A stretch of 64,000 nucleotides of DNA from a virus. Taxonomy: Duplodnaviria; Caudoviricetes. The notes beneath the pieces are model-generated. The model was not told where the DNA came from. It searched no databases and was given only the letters and a program-made list of their open reading frames with translations. The position numbers were made by a program, and so were the translations under genes. How positions within the stretch are numbered: the stretch's first letter is position 1; every line of letters begins with the position of its first letter. Positions 17,904 through 27,426 of this stretch are shown piece after piece. The DNA is taken from IMG/VR virus record IMGVR_UViG_3300031994_000095, positions 1,584 to 65,583 of that record. One strand, written 5' to 3'.

Positions 17904-18530
17904 ATGAAAACGAACGATCTTGAAAAAATGCGCCAGGAGTTAGAAAAAAAACTTCTTTACGCTGAGATGGAAAACGAATTAAACGCCCGCGCCGGTTTTG
18001 ACTGGGGAACAGTTAAAATTATTGGCGAATCTTGCACCCAGGCCGGGAAACTCCAAACAACAATTTGGCGCGACGGTTACGGGCACGACGGACTAACAGC
18101 CGCGCAAGTTTGCGAAGTATTAAACACGTTCCCACAAACGGAGCGCAGCCGCGTATATATCGGACTGGGGAAATATGACGAATTAAGTTATATTTTCGAG
18201 ACTGAACGCACGCCAGGACACGCCACAATTTTGCGCCTTTCTTATATCTCCGACAATTTAGATTTGTCGCTAAATATGGCTATCGATCCAAACGACGAAG
18301 ATACAACGCAGTTTTTTAGACTAACAGCCCGCGAATTGAGTGACACGGAAATAAATTTGTATCTTGACGGCCGCCGGACAAAATACAATTATAACACGCG
18401 GCACAATTTCCAATATTATACGTTTAATCTCGGTAAGGTCGTAAAATTTCAGGGAGGCCGGGATCGGCAAGTTTCCGAAGCTGCCGCCACAACAATAGCC
18501 GCAAATCTTTGGTGCCGGGCTTCTGAGTAA
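17904..18530 (+). CDS. Hypothetical protein
   Basis: 208-aa ORF directly downstream of the promoter. Confidence 0.7.
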   Translation: MKTNDLEKMRQELEKKLLYAEMENELNARAGFDWGTVKIIGESCTQAGKLQTTIWRDGYGHDGLTAAQVCEVLNTFPQTERSRVYIGLGKYDELSYIFETERTPGHATILRLSYISDNLDLSLNMAIDPNDEDTTQFFRLTARELSDTEINLYLDGRRTKYNYNTRHNFQYYTFNLGKVVKFQGGRDRQVSEAAATTIAANLWCRASE

Positions 18531-18584
18531 CAACAGCAACAAACACAACTATACAACAGTAACAACAAATAAAACTATACAACA

Positions 18585-18920
18585 ATGAAAACCGAATCAA
18601 ATAAAATTCTTGAGAATATCGGCGCGTTCCTGAGTGTTCAAAAAAATGCGCTTGCAAATACTGCCATTTGCAACACGTCCGACGTTTTAGATATTATCCA
18701 CACCGTCCGCGAATCCCTCGAAAGGATCGCCAGGATTGAAACGCCGGCCGCGTCCCGTGCAAAATTTAATCTTTGGTCATACGTCGATAAAAACGAATAT
18801 CGGCCCGCAATGGAGTGTATTTACTGCGATAACGGTTATAAAATCGCGTCCGATTCGCATATCCTCGTGGCCGTCAAAGAATCATATTCGCCAGAAGATG
18901 AAAACAGGATATATTTTTAG
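18585..18920 (+). CDS. Hypothetical protein with a beta-clamp-like segment, possibly truncated
   Basis: RPAMECIYCDNGYKIASDSHIL resembles the clamp segment RP.L.GVYF....ATDGH.L. Confidence 0.5.
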   Translation: MKTESNKILENIGAFLSVQKNALANTAICNTSDVLDIIHTVRESLERIARIETPAASRAKFNLWSYVDKNEYRPAMECIYCDNGYKIASDSHILVAVKESYSPEDENRIYF

Positions 18921-19093
18921 ATTGTCCGCGATTCTGGCAATTTGTCCGCGATTCGTCGCCGCTGGGATTCTCCAAAAAATCGCGCCCAGAAATTACGCGC
19001 CAGGAGTGAACAAACAAACAATGATTGACACAATAGAAGATATTTTACTTTCGCGTTCCTAACTCAATAACACAACACACACAACACGACAAC

Positions 19094-19120
19094 AGCCCGC
19101 AAAAAATCGCGGGCTTTTTT
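19094..19120 (+). terminator. Intrinsic terminator
   Basis: GCCCGC-loop-GCGGGC followed by a T tract. Confidence 0.7.
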
Positions 19121-20070
19121 CATATCCTCAAGAATCGCCACAAAACGCGCCCAGAATCGCAACGAACACAACAGGATAATAATTTATATTGTCGGACTGT
19201 TAAAACACGCCACAACGAAAGAAACACGGCAAAACGGCAAGATAGAACAATTTGATATATTGAGATTCTCAGGAACACGGGAAAAACGGAACGGATCACA
19301 ACACGCCAGGAGGATAGCAAACGACAACGGCCGGAACGGGATGAAACAACGGGAACAAATCAAGATAACCGACAACAGAAATACAAACAACAACGGAAAC
19401 GAACACAGGAGGAAAGGAACACAGGAGAAACAAAACAAATGTATTTATAGACGTTTTCCGGCTTCTGGGAACGTCTTGAAACTCAGTAAAGGAACGAACA
19501 CGGGCACAGAATCGGAACGGGATAAAATAGGCTACATTATAACAATAATATAGCCAAAATATTGATTTTAAGGGCTTTATTCGGCACGAATTGACGGAAA
19601 AATCAAGCCTAAAAGACGGGGAGACCCCGCACCTGGCGCAAGCCAGAGCGGGAGTGACTTACCAGATATTTTTTTGTTTTTTATTTTTTTTGATTTTTTA
19701 TTCATTTATGCGTGGGATATACACCGTAGGTGTATAATTGTGTGTAGGAGTGTGTGGTGTGTGCTTGTGCCGGAGTATGGCACAATTAGGGTAGGTAGTG
19801 GAAATAAAGTATCATTTTTCAGTGAGTGGGCGTAGCCCCGAACGATGGCCTCGCGGCCTTGAGCGAGATTGCGTGAAAGGCGAAAAAAACGAAAAAAGCG
19901 TGAAAAGAGTTTTATATTTTTTTTGTAAGGTTTTTGTGTAGTTTTTATAGAACTTTTATTAGTTAACACCTTTTTGCAAGTTTGGGTAAGAAGTTATTAA
20001 CAATCGGTTGAGAAGATATTGATAGTTAGTTGAGAAGTTATTATAATTGCAAAGAGAAGAATTTTGATAT

Positions 20071-20700
20071 ATGTTAGAAGATTGTAACCTTTATCGCTAT
20101 GCTATGGTCAGGTCTGATATGAGCATAGGTTGTCGTATTTTGTGGTCGTATTATTGTACTCAAGCCTCGGTGATGGTGTTGTCGGTAGGTGAGAAGTTGG
20201 AGGAGTTATTGTGTGCGCGTGGTGAGGTGTTGGTGCTGGAGGGTATGAGTTATGCGAATGTCCCTGGTGCGATGTTGGGTATGTCCCGTCATCGTTGGAA
20301 TGTTGTGATGGGTGAGATGTATGAGTTGGGGTTGTATCGTAACGAGCGTTTGTCGTTTCCGTTGGATATGCAAGTGTCTGGTTTTTTCCCGTTACGGAGT
20401 AAGCCGGGTATGACTCCTTGGGACATTGCTTTGTACTCCTGGGTGCTTGACCGCATAGAGTATGGTGGTGGCACGATGACGGATGTGACCAATGCCGCGA
20501 TTGGTGCTGGTCTTGGCTTGACGGAGTACTCGGTGCGTAAGCGGAAGGTGGGGATGTATGCCCGTGGTTGGTTGGAGCCGGTGCGCCGTGGGCAGATGGT
20601 GTATTGTGCTGCTCCAGATCTTGTGCGGAGTGATGGTTATGTCTATCCGAAGGTTTCCTCGCGCAAGAGTACCGCTCCGAGGTTGAACTTGGATAAATAG
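20071..20700 (+). CDS. Hypothetical protein with a possible wHTH
   Basis: 209-aa GT-skewed ORF; NAAIGAGLGLTEYSVRK. Confidence 0.6.
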   Translation: MLEDCNLYRYAMVRSDMSIGCRILWSYYCTQASVMVLSVGEKLEELLCARGEVLVLEGMSYANVPGAMLGMSRHRWNVVMGEMYELGLYRNERLSFPLDMQVSGFFPLRSKPGMTPWDIALYSWVLDRIEYGGGTMTDVTNAAIGAGLGLTEYSVRKRKVGMYARGWLEPVRRGQMVYCAAPDLVRSDGYVYPKVSSRKSTAPRLNLDK

Positions 20701-20741
20701 GCTACATTATCAACAAGTTATCAACAATCGTACGGGTGTTG

Positions 20742-20773
20742 TTGTGAATTATTGTCGGATGTTGTTATCTTTG
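20742..20773 (+). promoter_or_regulatory. Promoter
   Basis: TTGT-N20-TATCTTTG, preceded by tandem TTATCAACA. Confidence 0.65.
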
Positions 20774-20780
20774 TTGGCGT

Positions 20781-21014
20781 ATGGGAAACGGAAAGAGCAT
20801 ACGTAGTTTGACACCGCCTCGTCGTACTATTGCCATTGGTGATTACGTTGAGTTGGGTGGTGTGCGTTATGAGGTAGTGTCGCGTGGTGCGATAGAGTTT
20901 CCGCGTGATGCTTGTATGGGTTGTGCGTTTGCTTCGCGTAATTGTCCCGAGTACTTGGCGTGTTCGAGTTTCGACCGCCGTGACAAGGTTAGCATTTGGT
21001 TCAAGGAGATATGA
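20781..21014 (+). CDS. Small Cys-containing hypothetical protein
   Basis: CxxC...C...C pattern; overlapping operon. Confidence 0.65.
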   Translation: MGNGKSIRSLTPPRRTIAIGDYVELGGVRYEVVSRGAIEFPRDACMGCAFASRNCPEYLACSSFDRRDKVSIWFKEI

Positions 21015-21424
21015 AAGTCAAGCGAGGAAAAGTCAAGTTAGAGAAGGGCGACCGTAGGGTTGGCAACTTCGTGTACCACCGTGAGAGTGGTCATTACAAG
21101 CTCCAGGACATCGGTGGTGTGATGTCTATCCGTGTGAGCGACGTGTTGCTTGCTGGTCGTATGATAAGCGAGGTGTTTGACGATGGTGGTGAGAACTTCC
21201 TTGCGAACTACGCCGCGACGATGTACAACGTTATCGGTTGTGTGCCGGACGTGGAGTACTTGACAGCATTGAACAAGTGCGCCGTTGACTGTATCAATCG
21301 TCACAAGGACTTGTACGGTGTGAAGGATGACATCTCCGCCGAGGAGGATGCCAAGATACTCCGCGAGGAGCGTGAGTTGGCCGAGGCCGAGGCAGAGGTG
21401 CGTAAAGAGGAGGGTTTGGAATGA
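21011..21424 (+). CDS. Hypothetical protein
   Basis: ATGA-coupled start MKVKRG. Confidence 0.65.
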   Translation: MKVKRGKVKLEKGDRRVGNFVYHRESGHYKLQDIGGVMSIRVSDVLLAGRMISEVFDDGGENFLANYAATMYNVIGCVPDVEYLTALNKCAVDCINRHKDLYGVKDDISAEEDAKILREERELAEAEAEVRKEEGLE

Positions 21425-21630
21425 CGCAGGACGAGATGGGTGTGATGCTGAATCTCCGTGCCACATTGTCGGAGTACGAGCATTTTATGTCTCAGTTGTC
21501 CTTGATGATTGAGCGCGGTGTGGATGTGCCGTTGTTTGGCACGATGTCTTTTCCGATGAAGGACAAGCTGTACAAGCAGGTGCGTGACTTAGTGTTGGGC
21601 CAAAGTGCGATGGTGAATGACGGCAAGTGA
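21421..21630 (+). CDS. Hypothetical protein
   Basis: ATGA overlap. Confidence 0.6.
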   Translation: MTQDEMGVMLNLRATLSEYEHFMSQLSLMIERGVDVPLFGTMSFPMKDKLYKQVRDLVLGQSAMVNDGK

Positions 21631-21799
21631 GTTTTATAGCAAGCGGGTGAAGATAGGCGACGTGGTGCGTTATCGTGGTCACGATGTCCAGGTCTTGAAC
21701 GCCTTGACGGTTAGCACCGACAAGCAGGGCAAGGATATGCGGGTAGAGATTGCCAAGGGTGTGTGGGTTGATGTTAACGAGATAGAGTTATGGCGATAA
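21617..21799 (+). CDS. Hypothetical protein
   Basis: Overlapping 60-aa ORF. Confidence 0.55.
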   Translation: MTASEFYSKRVKIGDVVRYRGHDVQVLNALTVSTDKQGKDMRVEIAKGVWVDVNEIELWR

Positions 21800-21904
21800 T
21801 CACTGATACTGACGTGCGGAAATGGGTGGAGAACATCCAGAATTGGCTTCCCGACGGTAGGGCGTTACTTATCACCAAAAACGACGTAGCATATTGCGAG
21901 AAAA

Positions 21905-22441
21905 ATGAAGATACAGACGATAGAGGTTAGTGGCTTTATGTCGATGTTCTGTTCCCTGCGGTTGCCGTATGGGAAGAGTCCTCGCGTGAAAGGCTCTTGT
22001 GATTTCTTCCTTGAAAACGACCAACTGAACTATGGTGCGATAGTCACGCCACATCCGAAGGACTTGGAGTTGGTGCAGAAGCTCATCACGCGCGGTGACG
22101 AACACGCGAAGCCGATGCGTGGTGTCATCGCCTATGCGCGGATAGATGCGCCCGTCTATTTCTTCGTGGAACTCGAGACATATCGTGCCGGACACGAAAG
22201 GTTGTTCTCGACCAGCACGATGCACGTTGATGCCAAGGGGCTTCAAGGCGAGGAGTTGCAGAGGGTCAAAGCGGAAATACCGATGGGGCACGAGATGACC
22301 AAGGTGGATATGTTCTCTTATCAATGCTTGCGTAACATCGTACGCCAACGTGCCAACCACCGTCTCCCCGAATGGCACGAGTTCATAGATTGGGTTCACA
22401 CCTTGCCGCTTGCCGAGGAACTTATCTTTGTGGGCTTATGA
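21905..22441 (+). CDS. Divergent ThyX/Thy1-like protein
   Basis: GDEHAKPMR, AP.YFF.E..TY, STSTMH, and SYQ.LRNI..QR.NHRL.EW. Confidence 0.55.
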   Translation: MKIQTIEVSGFMSMFCSLRLPYGKSPRVKGSCDFFLENDQLNYGAIVTPHPKDLELVQKLITRGDEHAKPMRGVIAYARIDAPVYFFVELETYRAGHERLFSTSTMHVDAKGLQGEELQRVKAEIPMGHEMTKVDMFSYQCLRNIVRQRANHRLPEWHEFIDWVHTLPLAEELIFVGL

Positions 22442-22612
22442 TAGAGATTTTGTTTTACCGCCATCCTTACTTTGCGCTCCTGCCCGAGTTCGAGTTCTGG
22501 GACGGGTTGATAGCCTTCAGTTGGTTGGTATGGTCGCTTGAGATAGATTTCAACGGGGACGATGAGTCTTCGATGTCTTATTAGTTTTTGGTTTAGTTTT
22601 AGTGTTTTGCAG

Positions 22613-22646
22613 AAAGGGCCGCGCCGTGATGGTGCAGCCCTTTTTT
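22613..22646. terminator. Bidirectional terminator between convergent units
   Basis: AAAGGGC...GCCCTTTTTT. Confidence 0.65.
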
Positions 22647-22885
22647 CATATCCACGCGAGGAAGAGTCCGATGGCTATTCCTCCGATGTCGCACACGATG
22701 TCGTGCCAAGATGCCACGCGTCCGTGTTCCTTATCCCATAGTTCCTTGCCGATGCCGATAAGGAGTGTGATGCCACCGGCAATCGCCCACGGGAAGATGA
22801 GCGATATTGCGATGGCGATGAGAGCGGAGGTCTCGAGGTGGAGGAGTCCGTCAGTCTTGATCCAGTCGCGGATGCTTCCTTTCAT
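22646..22885 (-). CDS. Small membrane protein
   Basis: Start MKGSIRDWIKTDGLLH; hydrophobic helices; GKELWD and SWHDIVCD. Confidence 0.65.
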   Translation of the reverse strand: MKGSIRDWIKTDGLLHLETSALIAIAISLIFPWAIAGGITLLIGIGKELWDKEHGRVASWHDIVCDIGGIAIGLFLAWI

Positions 22886-23099
22886 AGACGAAATGATAGA
22901 GGATGCCACCGAGACTTGAGAAGATGAATCCCTCAAGGACACCGATGATGACGAGTCCCATAACAATCCATTTGGCGACCTCGGCGAAAAGTGAGCCTTC
23001 GATGACCTTGCCGAAGCAGAGTCCGATGATGGCGATGATGACGGCGGCGACTATCGCCACCCATACTGCCAGTTTCTTAATGAATTTTGCTTGTTCCAT
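22851..23099 (-). CDS. Two-TM membrane protein
   Basis: Two long hydrophobic stretches. Confidence 0.65.
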   Translation of the reverse strand: MEQAKFIKKLAVWVAIVAAVIIAIIGLCFGKVIEGSLFAEVAKWIVMGLVIIGVLEGFIFSSLGGILYHFVYERKHPRLDQD

Positions 23100-23111
23100 A
23101 TCTTTGTGGTA

Positions 23112-23888
23112 TTAAAGTTCTGATGCTCGGATGGGTATCATTTTACATCTGCACCTGCTATGAAGAGGCACAATCTGCACATCCAAAGGGTACGGACTAT
23201 TGGCAACGGCTTCGTCGCATACCTCGCAATCGAAGGATGAACCTCGCTCCACGCGGTAGGCAACGATGTCCGGGTCTCGGCCGAAGTCCAGGAGCAAGCC
23301 ACGATTGTACCCATCCAGCACCTCGTACTGAATCATATTAGCCATCGCGTTGATGGGATTGGTGTCATTTCCGCGTCCGACGTGGAAGCCACGACTTTGG
23401 ATAATCTCCGCGTTCCACCTTTCGGGATGCGCGAAGGCATCCTTCATCGGCTCCCATCCGTAGGGATTAGATAGGAAATGCAATGCGTCTCCGAGGATGT
23501 CGGCATTGTTGAGCTTGTTTGCGAAGGATACCGCGAGGTATCCCTCCAAGAGAAACCTGAGCGCACTTGCGTGACGGTCCATCCTCTCCTCATTGGTTTG
23601 TCCGTTGCGCTCACGGTGAATCCAGGCGAGTACCGTGTCATCGTCATCGTGATTGTCTATTGTCTTTAATGTCCTTGTGTCGGCCTCCTCAAGCATCGCG
23701 TCCGAAAGTTGTATGAGCAATCGGTTGACCTCATCGGAGAGGTCCGCGTTGGCATTGAACGAGAACCTCTCCCCGAGGAACGAATACTCTTGGCAAAGGA
23801 CGAGTATCTTCCGAATGGTCTCCAAGACCTCGGATGTCACGCGCCCTTTGATGCCCGTAAGGATGTTTGTTACTTGGTCTATCGTCAT
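23112..23888 (-). CDS. Head morphogenesis protein (SPP1 gp7/Mu gpF-like)
   Basis: Follows the portal; C-terminal CEVCDE...PLHSRCRC. Confidence 0.75.
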   Translation of the reverse strand: MTIDQVTNILTGIKGRVTSEVLETIRKILVLCQEYSFLGERFSFNANADLSDEVNRLLIQLSDAMLEEADTRTLKTIDNHDDDDTVLAWIHRERNGQTNEERMDRHASALRFLLEGYLAVSFANKLNNADILGDALHFLSNPYGWEPMKDAFAHPERWNAEIIQSRGFHVGRGNDTNPINAMANMIQYEVLDGYNRGLLLDFGRDPDIVAYRVERGSSFDCEVCDEAVANSPYPLDVQIVPLHSRCRCKMIPIRASEL

Positions 23889-23890
23889 AC

Positions 23891-25390
23891 TTAGTTAGTC
23901 ACTTGCGAGATGGTCTGTCGCGCGGTATTGACGGGATTGCTCCTGTCGGTAAGTGTGATGGCCTCTTTCTGCGCCTCACCGACCATCTCATCGTGTTCCT
24001 GCTGGAGTAGTCGCTTTGCTTCGTCGAGTGTGCCGAGTCCGAGTGTCTCGTAGATGTACTCCGTTGCCGACCGCTTGGATAGCGCACCGATGGAGACGAG
24101 TTGCACGACGGTGTTGACGATTTCGCTCTCGGCCATAAATGTCCACGGCTGGAGTGTAATCTTGATGTTGAGTTGCTTGAACTCCGGGAGGAGGCTTGCC
24201 TCCGTGCCATATCCCTCGATGAAGATACGCACCACCGTGTCAAGGAACTCTTGGTATGTCTTGGCATCGTCAAGAGCCTTGAGGTAGGAGTCCTGCATAA
24301 GTGTCTTGACGGTGAGTGACGAGATGTCGCTACCACTCTTGAGCTCGGGAGTCTCCACGGCGAATGAGCATCGCATAATCTCCTTTTCGAGTTTGGTGAG
24401 TTGGACATCGAAGGAGCCGGACGAATCGGCGGGCTCCAGGAAGCCGACCTTTGCGTTTGGATCGGTGGAGTTAATCTGCGTTGGTGTTCCGTCCACGGAC
24501 CCGTCCATCTCGAACTCCGCGCCAAGTGCATAGAGGATGCGAAGTGCGTACTGTGCGTTGTTCTCTGCGAGTTGCGACATCGCAAGTTCGTGCGTCTCGA
24601 TGAGTGACTGGCTTCCCGCCCACGCGGGTTCTCCGTAACGATGGTAGGCAACGGGGCAGAAGGAGAAGGCGTGTGGACGGAGAGGTGATGAGACTATCCA
24701 TCCCTCGCCACGCATCGCCTCGGCCTCCCAAGGTGCGACACTACGGTATTGGATGTAGTTGTCTTTGTCCCATACGTCAAGGAAGGTGACGATTTCGGAG
24801 ATGCCCTCGTCATTAGGGTTGATAATGGCGCGTGTGAACGTGCGTCCGAAGGTGTCAAGTTCGCCCGTCATCGGGTCGAAATGTGGATAGAGTGTGTCCC
24901 CTTTGGCGAAGGAGAAGATGCGGTATCCGAACCGACCCCCCGACTTGTAACCGCAGATGGCAACGTCACCGACCTTGAGGTCATCGGAGATGGCGAGGTG
25001 TATTCCCGTGTCCATTCCCTTGACGGACCACCCCTCCTTGAACTGCGCGAGGTGCTGTTGTGATGTCTCATCGGACTTGGACTTCGCCGATGTGATGTCG
25101 GGTTCGTAACCCGTGAGAGCCACCACCCTCTTGGTATGGATTCGGCGTTGCCAAGCGACCGCGACGCGGGAGCGGACTTTCGCCTCGCGCTTGTGCTTGG
25201 TCTGGTCGATGAACAAGAGGTTGGGATAATACTTGATGGAGTTTATCTTGTGCGAGGTAGGGTTGTACTCGCGCAGGAACTCCGCTTGCGAGACCGTCTC
25301 GTACTTTAGTGCCCCGTTGGGAAACCCATCCTCGGATGGCAGCATCCGTACAAACGGCTCTTTTGTCAGGATTTGATTAGGTGTAAGCAT
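23891..25390 (-). CDS. Portal protein
   Basis: 499 aa, directly after terL; SPP1 gp6-like size and position. Confidence 0.8.
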   Translation of the reverse strand: MLTPNQILTKEPFVRMLPSEDGFPNGALKYETVSQAEFLREYNPTSHKINSIKYYPNLLFIDQTKHKREAKVRSRVAVAWQRRIHTKRVVALTGYEPDITSAKSKSDETSQQHLAQFKEGWSVKGMDTGIHLAISDDLKVGDVAICGYKSGGRFGYRIFSFAKGDTLYPHFDPMTGELDTFGRTFTRAIINPNDEGISEIVTFLDVWDKDNYIQYRSVAPWEAEAMRGEGWIVSSPLRPHAFSFCPVAYHRYGEPAWAGSQSLIETHELAMSQLAENNAQYALRILYALGAEFEMDGSVDGTPTQINSTDPNAKVGFLEPADSSGSFDVQLTKLEKEIMRCSFAVETPELKSGSDISSLTVKTLMQDSYLKALDDAKTYQEFLDTVVRIFIEGYGTEASLLPEFKQLNIKITLQPWTFMAESEIVNTVVQLVSIGALSKRSATEYIYETLGLGTLDEAKRLLQQEHDEMVGEAQKEAITLTDRSNPVNTARQTISQVTN

Positions 25391-25402
25391 AGCTATGTTA
25401 TA

Positions 25403-27049
25403 TTACCAGATGTTGAAACCTTTGCGTATGGGCGATTGGTGGACATCGAAGAGTGGTTGGAACATTATGAGTCCCTCAATGAAGTCGGGGGAGTGTCCCA
25501 CCTCGATTTTCATTTGTTTCTTGTCGATAATCTCGAACCTTGCGCCCGTATCGTCCTTGCGCTTGAGCGCGAGTCTTTCCTCGTCGAGTCTTTGCCGGAC
25601 GGTGAACGTGTGTCCTTTCTTGTCGGTGAACTTTCGCTCCAGGAGTGCCTGGTCGATGGACCACATTGATTGCTTGACCTCCCTCACCCATTTCTCCGCG
25701 CTTTCGGACTTGAGGTTGTTCCACAAGCGGTTGTCGGATGGTGCGCTCTTGTTGTTGAATGGCTTGCACATACGGAACGCGGAGTGGTTGGACAACCACA
25801 CACCGAGACCATTGGCATCGAACGTGAAGTTCTTTTTGCTTATGCCATTCTTTCGGAGGAAATGCTCGATGAACGGTATGACGGCATCGGACATCTCGCC
25901 GAACCACGCATCCATATCGTAGATGTGCCGTCCCTCGGCGGCATAGATGACGAAGAAGTCCCCGACGATAGCGACATCGCACGATGCGCGTTTGATGCCG
26001 TCCCCACGTTGCTCGGTGTTGTCGAAGAACTTTCGCATATCCTCACCCGACAAGAGTCCCGTTCCCTCGTCGATGTCGCGCCACACGCCCGAAAGGTCAT
26101 TGATGACCGAACCATCGCCCTTTGATGCAAGGCGTGAGATGTATCGCTTGTCGGTGATTTGGAGAATCTTGTTGTCGGAGTAATCGCCCTCGATGAACTG
26201 GACGGTCATAATCATATCTTGCACCGTCACGTCATCGCGTCCGAGGACCAACAAGTCAATCTTCTGCTTTGCCTTGGGATGGGCATAGACCTCCTCCCAA
26301 GTGTTGCCCCACGCGATCTCGGAGTCATCGCCACCGTACTTGAACATATACCGCACCTTCCCGTCCCTTTCCTTGATGACGGTATCGGTCTCGGGGTCTA
26401 TGTACCACTCGAGGAACTTGCGGAGTTTGTTTTTCCATCCTACGGGGTTGCACGTTGCTACCATCTGGGACTTGACTCCGGCGGTGTTACGGTTGACCGC
26501 CAAGAAGTCGAAGATGACATTAAGGTCATCGCGCGTATGTTCGGGTAACTCCTCAAGGTCTATGTACGCGAGTTCCGCACCACGGAAGCGGTCGGATATT
26601 TTGCCGAGGTCGGCAATATGCTCCATCTTCATCGTTGCGCCCTTGCCGTCAAGGAAAGCGAACTCGAATGTGGACTCCTTTGCCGTGCCGAATCCGCGAA
26701 AGAGCTTCTTGGCCTCTTTCCACGGTCCGCGTCTCACATCGTCCTCGTACTTACGCACGGCGAACATCGACACGTCGGGGTTGAACATATAACGCATTGA
26801 TTTAATGAGACTTATAGCAGTCTTGCCGCCGCCTTTTCTTCCGCCAACTACAAGCAAGTCAGCCTCCGCGAGACACACACGCTCTTGGAATCCCTCTTGT
26901 GGAATGAGGTTGATAAGTCTCTTGCCCTTGGTCTTTCGGTCAAGGACATCATCGCGTATAGATTGCGCGAAGTCATTGGTATAGACCTCTTGTCCGTATC
27001 GTAGGAACACGGGGTCGAGGTACTGCCTATCATCACTTTTTTTCTTCAT
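25403..27049 (-). CDS. terL: Terminase large subunit
   Basis: Walker A VVGGRKGGGKT, Walker B IDLEE, TCNP, and nuclease DVA...D...G.SPDF. Confidence 0.9.
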   Translation of the reverse strand: MKKKSDDRQYLDPVFLRYGQEVYTNDFAQSIRDDVLDRKTKGKRLINLIPQEGFQERVCLAEADLLVVGGRKGGGKTAISLIKSMRYMFNPDVSMFAVRKYEDDVRRGPWKEAKKLFRGFGTAKESTFEFAFLDGKGATMKMEHIADLGKISDRFRGAELAYIDLEELPEHTRDDLNVIFDFLAVNRNTAGVKSQMVATCNPVGWKNKLRKFLEWYIDPETDTVIKERDGKVRYMFKYGGDDSEIAWGNTWEEVYAHPKAKQKIDLLVLGRDDVTVQDMIMTVQFIEGDYSDNKILQITDKRYISRLASKGDGSVINDLSGVWRDIDEGTGLLSGEDMRKFFDNTEQRGDGIKRASCDVAIVGDFFVIYAAEGRHIYDMDAWFGEMSDAVIPFIEHFLRKNGISKKNFTFDANGLGVWLSNHSAFRMCKPFNNKSAPSDNRLWNNLKSESAEKWVREVKQSMWSIDQALLERKFTDKKGHTFTVRQRLDEERLALKRKDDTGARFEIIDKKQMKIEVGHSPDFIEGLIMFQPLFDVHQSPIRKGFNIW

Positions 27050-27060
27050 CGCTTACAAAA

Positions 27061-27126
27061 ATCACAATAAAATCACAATAAAGTTGCAAAGTGACGATGT
27101 TTTATTGTGAAAAGAATGTATTTTTG
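27061..27126. promoter_or_regulatory. Divergent late control region with ATCACAATAAA repeats
   Basis: Direct repeats at 27061 and 27072, an inverted copy at 27101-27110, and TATTTTTG at 27119. Confidence 0.55.
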
Positions 27127-27148
27127 GCACAAAGTGATATGGTAGAAG

Positions 27149-27310
27149 ATGGAGAAACCGACATATTACAGGGTCTGTTGCCCGAATTGTGGAAAGTTCC
27201 TGAAGGTTAGGATTCTCGAACTTCGCGGTACACTTCGGTACTCTCTCTACTGCACCTCGTGTAAGCAATCGAGTGTGGTTGAGTTGAGTGACATAAAGGC
27301 CAGGGAATAG
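27149..27310 (+). CDS. Zinc-ribbon protein (Mu Com-like), 53 aa
   Basis: Manual translation MEKPTYYRVCCPNCGKFLKV...YCTSCKQ; CxxC...CxxC. Below the ORF-track cutoff. Confidence 0.7.
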   Translation: MEKPTYYRVCCPNCGKFLKVRILELRGTLRYSLYCTSCKQSSVVELSDIKARE

Positions 27311-27374
27311 GCCGCAGCAGACTAAAGTCCAGACCCTTGTAGGTCACAATATAGTCCGTTACGGAGGCGATTAG

Positions 27375-27399
27375 GTTCGCCTTCGTGGCGGGCTTTTTT
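27375..27399 (+). terminator. Intrinsic terminator or attenuator before the head genes
   Basis: GTTCGCC-TTCGT-GGCGGGC-T6. Confidence 0.6.
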
Positions 27400-27426
27400 A
27401 TGTTTAACAAGTTCTTTTACAACGAG

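Noticed and set aside
19260-19553. 97-aa R/N/K-rich ORF
   Set aside because: It follows from the A/C-rich noncoding composition downstream of a terminator.
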